Source of the DNA: Mycolicibacterium smegmatis
Lineage (GTDB): Bacteria > Actinomycetota > Actinomycetes > Mycobacteriales > Mycobacteriaceae
DNA length: 32,000 bases
Reading direction: 5' to 3'
Assembly: GCF_001457595.1 (NCBI RefSeq)
Contig: NZ_LN831039.1
Location: 6,840,001 to 6,872,000 of the forward strand
The notes below the pieces were generated by a model. The model searched no databases and was not told where the DNA came from. It saw only the letters and a program-made list of their open reading frames with translations. Positions 7,198-14,219 of this stretch are shown here, one piece after another. The position numbers and the translations under genes were made by a program. Position 1 is the stretch's first letter, and every line of letters begins with the position of its first letter.

Positions 7198-9729
7198 TCA
7201 CGCCCCGGCCAGGCGCGCGGCCAGGTACGGCGCGGTGCGGCTCGCGGTGCACGCGGCGACCACCTCGGGGGTCCCGGCCGCCACCACCGTGCCGCCGTCA
7301 TCGCCACCACCGGGGCCCAGATCGACGACATGATCGGCCCTCGCCACCACCGACATGTCGTGCTCGGCCACCACCACGGTGTTGCCTGCATCGACCAGGC
7401 GGTGCAGTTGACGTTCCAGCAGTTCGACATCGGCCGGGTGCAATCCGGTGGTGGGTTCGTCGAGCACGTAGAGGGTGTGGCCGCGTTTGGCGCGCTGCAG
7501 CTCAGAGGCCAGCTTGATGCGTTGTGCCTCACCGCCGGACAGCTCGGTGGCCGGTTGTCCCAGCCGCAGGTAGCCCAGGCCGACCTCGCGCAGCGTCGTC
7601 AAACTTCTTGCCGCGCCGGGTAGATCGCTGAGGAACTCGGCGGCCTCGTCCACGGTCTGCGCCAGCACGTCGGCGATGGTCCGTCCGCGGTAGGTGACCT
7701 CGAGTGTCTCGTCGGAGTAGCGGGCACCGCCGCAGGCCGGGCAGGTCGCGTAGGTGCCGGGCAGGAACAGCAATTCGACCGCGACGAATCCCTCACCCTG
7801 ACAGGTGGCGCAGCGGCCCTCCGCGACGTTGAACGAGAACCGGCCCGCGCTCCAGCCTCTCTTGCGTGCTTCCGGGGTGTCGGCGAATGCCTTTCGGACC
7901 GCGTCGAACAAACCGGTGTAGGTCGCGAGGTTGGATCGCGGGGTGCGTCCGATGGGCCGCTGATCCACGGTGACGAGGCGATCGATGATCTCGGCGCCCT
8001 CGACCGACACACCCATACTGGCGTCGACGTCGATGTCGAGCAGTTCGGCCTCACCGTCGCCGGCGTCGTCGGGGGTCTCGACGGACTTGCCCAACTGCCT
8101 GGCCATCACGTCGCCGAGGACCTTGCACACCAGCGTCGACTTTCCCGATCCGGAAACACCGGTGACCGCGACGAACGCGCCCAGCGGGATGTCCACGTCG
8201 ACGTCGTGCAGGTTGTGGAATGTGATGCCGCGCAAGCGCATCACGCCGACCGGCGTACGCGTCGATCTGTCGGCCTGCGCGCCGTCGGTGAACAGGTAGC
8301 GCCGCGTGACCGAGGACTCGACGTCGGCGAGACCCGCGACCGGGCCGCTGTAGAGCACCTCGCCGCCCCACTCCCCCGCGCCGGGACCGACGTCCACCAC
8401 CCAGTCCGCGCGTCGCACCACGTCCATGTCGTGTTCGACCACGAACAGCGAATTGCCCGCGCGCCGAAGGCGGTCCAGCACGTCGAGCAGCGGTTCGGCG
8501 TCGGCGGGGTGCAGGCCTGCCGACGGCTCATCGAGCACGTACAGCACGCCGAACAGTCCGGCCCGCAACTGGGTCGCCAGGCGCAGGCGCTGCAGTTCGC
8601 CGGGTGACACCGACGGTGTGCGTCGGTTCAGGCTCAGGTATCCCAGCCCGAGGTCGACGAGCACCCCGATGCGGGCCACCAGATCGGCCGCGATCATGGT
8701 CGCCACCTCGGTGAATTCGCCCGACTCGGTCGATTCGTAGGCCGCGGCGAACTCGGTGCGGGTGGCCGCGGGTGTCAGGACCTCGGCCAGCGTGGTCAAC
8801 GGCAACGCCACCAGGTCGGCGATGGTGCGGCCCGCGAACGTCACCGCGAGCGCCTCGGGACGCAGGCCCGAACCGTCGCAGACGTGGCAGTCGACGCTGT
8901 TGACGTACTGCAGCACCCGGCGTCGCATCGCCGCGCTCTGCGAGTTGGCCAGCGTATGGCGGACGTGCCGTTCGGCGCTGGAGAACGTGCCGTTGTAGTA
9001 GTAGTCCGCGGTCACGGGGTGTTGGCTGGGGTCGATCTCGACCGTGGGCTGATCCTCGGTGAACAGGATCCATTCCCGTTGCCGCTTGGGCAGTTTGCGC
9101 CACGGCTTGTCGATGTCGTAGCCCAGTGTGATGAGGATGTCGCGCAGGTTCTGCCCCTGCCAGGCGCCCGGCCACGCCGCCACCGCGCCTTCACGGATGG
9201 TCAGCGACGGGTCAGGGACCAGCGTCTCCTCGGTGACCTCGTGGATGCGGCCGAGGCCGTGGCACTGCGGGCACGCCCCGATGGTGGTGTTCGGCGAGAA
9301 CGCGTCGGAGTCGAGGCGTTCCGTCGCACCGGGCGGATAGGTCCCGGCGCGGGAGAACAGCATGCGCAGCAGGTTCGACAGTGTGGTGACGGTGCCGACG
9401 GTCGATCGTGACGTCGCGGTCCCACGTCGTTGCTGTAGCGCCACGGCCGGCGGCAGGCCCGTGATGTCGTCGACCTTCGGCGCGTCCTGCGGCAACAACA
9501 ATCGGCGCGCGTACGGCGCGACCGACTCGAAGTAACGGCGCTGGGCCTCGGCGTAGATTGTGCCGAACGCGAGCGAGGACTTCCCTGATCCGGACACGCC
9601 GGTGAACGCCACGAACGAGTCGCGCGGCGCGGCGACGTCGACGGTCTTGAGGTTGTGCACGCGGGAGGCGTAGACGCGTATGTACGGGTCGGGTTCGTGC
9701 GTGTCTGGTCCGGCGTTCACCGGGACCAT
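7198..9729 (-). CDS. UvrA-like ABC ATPase paralogue (class II-like, lacks the UvrB-binding domain)
   Basis: 843 aa. The N-terminus NLKTVDVAAPRDSFVAFTGVSGSGKSSLAFGTIYAEAQRRYFES is characteristic of UvrA. There are two ABC modules (second Walker A GVSGSGKST; signatures LSPGELQR and LSGGEAQR) and Cys-x2-Cys zinc modules (CPQCHGLG, CHVCDGSG, CATCQGEG, CPACGG). Confidence 0.92.
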   Translation of the reverse strand: MVPVNAGPDTHEPDPYIRVYASRVHNLKTVDVAAPRDSFVAFTGVSGSGKSSLAFGTIYAEAQRRYFESVAPYARRLLLPQDAPKVDDITGLPPAVALQQRRGTATSRSTVGTVTTLSNLLRMLFSRAGTYPPGATERLDSDAFSPNTTIGACPQCHGLGRIHEVTEETLVPDPSLTIREGAVAAWPGAWQGQNLRDILITLGYDIDKPWRKLPKRQREWILFTEDQPTVEIDPSQHPVTADYYYNGTFSSAERHVRHTLANSQSAAMRRRVLQYVNSVDCHVCDGSGLRPEALAVTFAGRTIADLVALPLTTLAEVLTPAATRTEFAAAYESTESGEFTEVATMIAADLVARIGVLVDLGLGYLSLNRRTPSVSPGELQRLRLATQLRAGLFGVLYVLDEPSAGLHPADAEPLLDVLDRLRRAGNSLFVVEHDMDVVRRADWVVDVGPGAGEWGGEVLYSGPVAGLADVESSVTRRYLFTDGAQADRSTRTPVGVMRLRGITFHNLHDVDVDIPLGAFVAVTGVSGSGKSTLVCKVLGDVMARQLGKSVETPDDAGDGEAELLDIDVDASMGVSVEGAEIIDRLVTVDQRPIGRTPRSNLATYTGLFDAVRKAFADTPEARKRGWSAGRFSFNVAEGRCATCQGEGFVAVELLFLPGTYATCPACGGARYSDETLEVTYRGRTIADVLAQTVDEAAEFLSDLPGAARSLTTLREVGLGYLRLGQPATELSGGEAQRIKLASELQRAKRGHTLYVLDEPTTGLHPADVELLERQLHRLVDAGNTVVVAEHDMSVVARADHVVDLGPGGGDDGGTVVAAGTPEVVAACTASRTAPYLAARLAGA

Positions 9730-9749
9730 TGTTCACGAGTGTGCGCTGA

Positions 9750-10355
9750 TCAGGTCGGCAACTTGATCATCGAGGCGTACATCTCGACCATCGGCCGGTA
9801 GAGGTCGACGTTGTCGAGTTCGCTGCTCAGCACCACCGAATCGCTCGTCGCGACCAGCGCGTGGGCAAAGGTCTCCGGTGAGATCAGTAGCGTGGCACCC
9901 AGTTTCTCGATGCTCGCGACGATGAAAGCGGTCAACTGCGCGACCACCTCCGATCTCTTGGCGGCGACGCGGTCGCGCGCCTCGGGGTTGCGCTTGAGGT
10001 AGAGGGTGAACTCCAGGCCGAGCGCGGCCTGCTCGGCGCCCCGGTCGACGCTGAGCTGACGCCACCGCTTCGCGATCTCGTCGAGTTCTCGCGCCCCGAC
10101 GCTGGCGGCCGAGGCCATCACCTCGGCGAAGTTGTCGAAGTAGCGCCGCCAATAGCGGTCGCTGACCGCCAGGAACAGGTCCTCCTTGGTGGCGAAGTGC
10201 TTGTAGATGGCGCCCTTGGTGTAGCCGGCCGCGAACGCGATGTCATCGAGTGTCGCTGCGGTGAAGCCCTTTTCACTGAACACGTTCTCAGCCGCGTCGA
10301 GCAGCAGCGAGCGCGTGTGCTCGAGGCGTCGCTCACGGGTCCAGCGCTCAACCAT
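9750..10355 (-). CDS. TetR/AcrR family transcriptional regulator
   Basis: 201 aa. The N-terminal HTH is LLDAAENVFSEKGFTAATLDDIAFAAGYTKGAIYKHFATKEDLF. The gene ends 20 nt upstream of the UvrA-like start on the same strand, so the two are probably co-transcribed. Confidence 0.9.
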   Translation of the reverse strand: MVERWTRERRLEHTRSLLLDAAENVFSEKGFTAATLDDIAFAAGYTKGAIYKHFATKEDLFLAVSDRYWRRYFDNFAEVMASAASVGARELDEIAKRWRQLSVDRGAEQAALGLEFTLYLKRNPEARDRVAAKRSEVVAQLTAFIVASIEKLGATLLISPETFAHALVATSDSVVLSSELDNVDLYRPMVEMYASMIKLPT

Positions 10356-10418
10356 GGCAGAAGTCTGCCACAGGATTCTGAGAACCCATTGAGTTACTCA
10401 GATACTCGTGGGTATATT
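10356..10418. promoter_or_regulatory. Divergent control region: two inverted repeats plus a candidate promoter for the + strand cassette
   Basis: IR1 is GGCAGA-AG-TCTGCC (10356-10369), abutting the TetR ATG. IR2 is TCTGAGAAC-N7-GTTACTCAGA (10377-10402), with perfect outer 6-bp arms. The candidate promoter is -35 TTGAGT (10389-10394), an 18-nt spacer and -10 TATATT (10413-10418). IR2 overlaps the -35 element and spacer. Confidence 0.45.
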
Positions 10419-10460
10419 TCCGGACACCGCGCCACTGACGCGCGACGAGGAGGCTTTGTA

Positions 10461-11621
10461 GTGAGCGAACTGTCCGACAAGAAGGCCGCGGCCACCGAAT
10501 CGCTGCGCAGCGTGGGCCGCCTCGATGCGCCGCCTGCCGCCAAACCCTCGCGACGCGTCAAGATCTGGGCCACCGCGGGCGGCATCATCCTGGCCTTCCA
10601 GATCTACGTCTGGATCCGCTGGATAACCGGCCCGTACTTCACGCGCGTGGATCCCGGGCCCACCGATCCCCCGACCTTCATGAAGATCGCCCTGATGATG
10701 TGGCAGATCGGGTCGCCGGTGCTGTTCCCGGTCGCCATCTGGTGGTTCATCATCCGGCCGTGGCGACGTGAACGACGGATCACGCTCGACGGCATGATCA
10801 TGGTGTCCACCGGGCTGTTCTTCTTCCAGGACCCGCTGCTCAACTACATCAACACGTGGTGCACGTACAACGCGTGGGCGTTCAACATGGGCTCGTGGGC
10901 GCCGCACGTACCGGGCTGGATGTCCCCCGAGAAGCCCGGCGCGCAGGTGGCAGAACCGTTGGGCATCAACGTCTCCGGATACGCCTACGGAGTGCTGCTG
11001 TGTACGATCCTGGGCTGCTGGATCATGCGCAAGGCCCAGCAGCGCTGGCCCAACCTTGGCACCAAAGGCCTGATCGGCGTCGCGTTCGCGTGGGGTTTCG
11101 TCTTCGACTTCGTCATGGAGGGCCTGGTCCTCATGCCGCTGGGGATGTACACGTTCCCCGGCGCCATCCAGTCTCTGTCGATCAACGCGGGCACCTACTA
11201 CCAGTGGCCGATCTACGAGGGCCTCATGTGGGGCGGTGTACAGGCCGCGCTGTGCTGCCTGCGGTTCTTCACCGACGACCGCGGCCGCACCGTCGTCGAG
11301 AAGGGACTCGACAACGTGCGCGGCGGTTTCGCCAAGCAACAGTTGGTCCGCTTCCTGGCGATCTTCGCCGCGATCAGCGCGTCGTTCTTCACCTTCTACA
11401 TCGTTCCCGCGCAGTTCATGTCGACGCACGCCGATCCGTGGCCCGAGGATGTGCAGAAGAGGTCGTACTTCACCTCGGGCATCTGCGGTGACGGCACCGA
11501 CCGCCCGTGCCCGCATCCGGACCTGCCCATCCCCACCAAACACTCGGGGTACATCAACGTCGACGGCGAACTCGTCCTGCCCGAGGGTGTGGAGATGCCG
11601 GCTGTGGTTCCCCATGAGTGA
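10461..11621 (+). CDS. Polytopic (about 7 TM) membrane protein, AveC/spirocyclase-like family (family call from memory, unverified)
   Basis: The GTG start at 10461 is preceded by GGAGG (10448-10452). The protein is 386 aa and Trp/aromatic-rich, with about 7 hydrophobic helices (for example IILAFQIYVWIRWI and VLFPVAIWWFII). The soluble C-terminal tail contains CGDGTDRPCPH. The 474-aa track ORF overlaps the TetR gene and is rejected upstream of 10461. Confidence 0.7.
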   Translation: MSELSDKKAAATESLRSVGRLDAPPAAKPSRRVKIWATAGGIILAFQIYVWIRWITGPYFTRVDPGPTDPPTFMKIALMMWQIGSPVLFPVAIWWFIIRPWRRERRITLDGMIMVSTGLFFFQDPLLNYINTWCTYNAWAFNMGSWAPHVPGWMSPEKPGAQVAEPLGINVSGYAYGVLLCTILGCWIMRKAQQRWPNLGTKGLIGVAFAWGFVFDFVMEGLVLMPLGMYTFPGAIQSLSINAGTYYQWPIYEGLMWGGVQAALCCLRFFTDDRGRTVVEKGLDNVRGGFAKQQLVRFLAIFAAISASFFTFYIVPAQFMSTHADPWPEDVQKRSYFTSGICGDGTDRPCPHPDLPIPTKHSGYINVDGELVLPEGVEMPAVVPHE

Positions 11622-12417
11622 CGCCGCCGTGGTGCTCGAAAACCGTTCGCCGTTCTACGTTCCCGTGGCCGACGAGGCCGAGGTGTTCCGTGCCGCGGCC
11701 CGGCGCGGCACCCCGGTGCTCCTGAAGGGGCCGACCGGATGTGGCAAGACTCGGTTCGTCGAATCGATGGCCCACGAACTGGGGCGCGACCTGATCACGG
11801 TTGCGGGGCACGAGGACATGACCTCGGCCGACCTGGTGGGCCGGTTCCTGCTCAAGGGCGGTGAAACCATCTGGGTGGACGGACCGTTGACGCGCGCCGT
11901 GCGCACGGGTGCGATCTGTTACCTCGACGAGATCGTCGAGGCGCGCCAGGACACCACCGTGGTGATCCACCCGTTGGCCGATCACCGGCGTGAACTTCCC
12001 ATCGACCGCCTGGGCACCACACTGTCGGCGGTGCCGGGATTCCAGCTCGTGATCTCCTACAACCCCGGCTATCAGAGTGTGCTCAAGAGCATCAAAGAGT
12101 CGACGCGTCAGCGCTTCATAGCCATCGAATTGGATTTTCCGCCACCGCATGTGGAGACCGAGATCGTCGCGCATGAGGCAGGCGTCGACGCGGACACCGC
12201 ACGCGCGCTGGTGTCCGTCGGCGCCGCAATCCGCAACATCGACGGCTCACCGCTGCGCGAGGTCGCCTCTACCCGCATGCTCATCCTCGCCGGCGGTCTG
12301 GTCGCCGAGGGGTTGCCCCTGCGGCGCGCGGTCCGGGCTGCGATCGTCGAGGCACTGTCCGACGATCACGACATCATCCGTGCGCTCGGTGAACTCGTGG
12401 ACGCACACCTGCCGTGA
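11614..12417 (+). CDS. CbbQ/NirQ/NorQ-family AAA+ ATPase (MoxR-class, single module)
   Basis: 267 aa with Walker A GPTGCGKT and Walker B ICYLDEIVEA. The length is typical for CbbQ/NorQ. The ATG at 11614 overlaps the upstream stop by 8 nt (ATGAGTGA). Confidence 0.88.
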   Translation: MSDAAVVLENRSPFYVPVADEAEVFRAAARRGTPVLLKGPTGCGKTRFVESMAHELGRDLITVAGHEDMTSADLVGRFLLKGGETIWVDGPLTRAVRTGAICYLDEIVEARQDTTVVIHPLADHRRELPIDRLGTTLSAVPGFQLVISYNPGYQSVLKSIKESTRQRFIAIELDFPPPHVETEIVAHEAGVDADTARALVSVGAAIRNIDGSPLREVASTRMLILAGGLVAEGLPLRRAVRAAIVEALSDDHDIIRALGELVDAHLP

Positions 12418-14081
12418 CATCCGGGCACGATCCGGCGCAACTGCGCCTGCTGGCAAGCCACCTGGCGGCTCGTGCCGTCGACGTCGCGGAGGCGCTGCCG
12501 GGACGCCTGCCTCATACCGATGGCCGCGTGGTGTTCGTTTCGAGCGGCGGCTCAATGGAACAGCACCGGCGCGAGGTGCTGGTGCAGGCCGGCTTGCTGG
12601 GCGCGGGCAGTCTCGATCCCGCGCTGGTCCGGGGATTGCGCGCACGGTCGGCGCTGGCGCGCCGCTATCTGGCTGTCGAGGGTCACCGGGTGCTTGCCGA
12701 TCTGGCCCGGCGGCTTCCTCTTGCCGCCGGGCTCTCCGTCGGCGGCGCGGTGACGACATGCGCCGCCGAGTCGCTCGAAGTCGCGCGCAGCCGAACGAGG
12801 GTCGACGATCCCCCGCCGTGGTTCGGCGTCATCAAACCGCTACGGATCGGATCTGAGAGTGCGGGTACACGCCCCACGGATGCGGATCTGTACTTCAAGG
12901 TGCACGCCGACGAGCACGTGCAGGACGATGAGGACGACGGTCCGTCGGAGGAGAGCAAGATCCTCAAGCTGTTCGACAACCCGCTGTTCAATTCACGAGC
13001 GGTGGGCGATTTTCTGCGCACGCTGCTCGGCTCGTCGCCCGGATCGTCGGACAGCAGTTCCGGCGGCGCGGAACTGCGCACCGGCGGCGCGCGACGTGCC
13101 CGCGCGCCGGGTCTCGAAGCCCGCCCTCTTCCGACGCGCATCAGGTTCACCGACGACGCGAACCCCGGTGCCGCGGTCGGCGTGGGCGGTGCCCTACACC
13201 CCGAATGGGACGTCTTCAGGAACTGCTACCGCCCCCAATGGTGCCGCGTGATCGACTACCCGTTCACCGCGGGCGCCGACGTCACCGCCGCGCACGTGGT
13301 CGCCGACCAGGCACTGCGCAAGCGGCTGTCCCGGATCGGCCTGGGCCCGAAGGCATTGCGGCGCAGAGCCGACGGCGACGACCTCGACATCGAGGCGCTT
13401 GTGGATCTGTCGGTGGATCTGCGGTCGGGCTGGTCGCCCCCGGAACACATCTACGTCGAACACCGCAGGACCGCGCGTGATCTCGGCGTCCTGATCCTGG
13501 TGGACGCGTCCGGATCGGCCACCGATACCGACCCCGCCGGTCTGGCCGTGCACGACCATCAGCGGCGAGCTGCCGCGACCATCGCCGCGACCCTGGAAGA
13601 TCTCGGTGACCGGGTGGCCGTGTACGCCTTCCGGTCCAGGGGTCGCAGCGCCGTGCACCTGCCCGCCATCAAGAGGTTCGACCAACGTTTCACATCACTG
13701 GCCCGGGCTCGCCTCAACCAGTTGCAACCCGCGCATTACACCCGCCTCGGGGCGGCGATCCGCGGTGCCGGCGAGATTCTCAAGGTCGAGGCAGGCACGC
13801 CGAACCGGCTGCTGCTGGTGCTGTCCGACGGTCACCCGTACGACGACGGGTACGAGGGCCGCTACGCGGAGGCCGACGCCCACCGGGCGCTGGAGGAACT
13901 GCGTGTTGACGGGGTTGCGTGCTTGTGCCTGTCGATCGGCGCCGCGGCTGAAAGCGATGCGCTGCAACGTGTGTTCGGTGCGGCCAGCCATGCGAGCGCC
14001 GCGACGCTGGGTGAACTGTCCGGGCGCATGGACGAGCTCTTCCTGGCGGCGCTGCGCGAACTGGCCGCGCCGGCTCGGTGA
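12414..14081 (+). CDS. VWA-domain protein, NorD/CbbO-like partner of the AAA+ ATPase
   Basis: 555 aa. The C-terminal von Willebrand A domain carries a MIDAS motif (LILVDASGSATD, i.e. DxSxS) and a downstream LLLVLSDGHPYD. There is an acidic patch, DEHVQDDEDDGPSEE. The GTG start overlaps the upstream TGA (GTGA, 12414-12417). Confidence 0.85.
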   Translation: MTSGHDPAQLRLLASHLAARAVDVAEALPGRLPHTDGRVVFVSSGGSMEQHRREVLVQAGLLGAGSLDPALVRGLRARSALARRYLAVEGHRVLADLARRLPLAAGLSVGGAVTTCAAESLEVARSRTRVDDPPPWFGVIKPLRIGSESAGTRPTDADLYFKVHADEHVQDDEDDGPSEESKILKLFDNPLFNSRAVGDFLRTLLGSSPGSSDSSSGGAELRTGGARRARAPGLEARPLPTRIRFTDDANPGAAVGVGGALHPEWDVFRNCYRPQWCRVIDYPFTAGADVTAAHVVADQALRKRLSRIGLGPKALRRRADGDDLDIEALVDLSVDLRSGWSPPEHIYVEHRRTARDLGVLILVDASGSATDTDPAGLAVHDHQRRAAATIAATLEDLGDRVAVYAFRSRGRSAVHLPAIKRFDQRFTSLARARLNQLQPAHYTRLGAAIRGAGEILKVEAGTPNRLLLVLSDGHPYDDGYEGRYAEADAHRALEELRVDGVACLCLSIGAAAESDALQRVFGAASHASAATLGELSGRMDELFLAALRELAAPAR

Positions 14082-14110
14082 GAGGACCGGCACCTATACC
14101 TGTAGGACGC

Positions 14111-14193
14111 CCTGTACGCGAGAACGACCCCATGGTCGTGAAAACACTCACCTACGCACGGAGAACGACCATGATGTCGGTCTCGCGTACAGG
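14111..14193. other. Nested inverted-repeat element in a convergent intergenic region (possible bidirectional terminator or small structured RNA)
   Basis: Perfect 13-bp arms, CCTGTACGCGAGA (14111-14123) and TCTCGCGTACAGG (14181-14193), enclose two local hairpins. The first is ACGACC-ccat-GGTCGT (14124-14139). The second is GAGAaCGAC-catgat-GTCGgTCTC (14161-14184). There is also a direct repeat AGAACGACC (14121-14129 and 14162-14170). Confidence 0.4.
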
Positions 14194-14219
14194 CCGTCGT
14201 GACGAACCAGGTGTACCCC

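Noticed and set aside
10398-11615. A 405-aa minus-strand ORF, together with other long antisense or alternative-frame ORFs (131-1252 +, 2197-3498 +, 3495-4478 +, 14308-15474 -, 15486-16481 +, 16527-17543 +, 18954-19970 -, 20160-21137 -, 22210-23268 +, 30086-31738 +).
   Set aside because: All lie opposite or out of frame to genes with clear family motifs. They have Arg/Gly/Pro/Asp/His-dominated composition and no recognisable domains, which is expected from stop-codon depletion in GC-rich DNA.
11614-14081. Reading the AAA+/VWA pair as a MoxR-vWA-type conflict or anti-phage defence module.
   Set aside because: The ATPase is the short CbbQ/NorQ type and the VWA protein is NorD/CbbO-like. No effector (nuclease, protease, TIR or pore-former), STAND NTPase or mobile-element context is present, and the base composition matches the surrounding core genes. 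A cofactor-insertion or remodelling role fits better.
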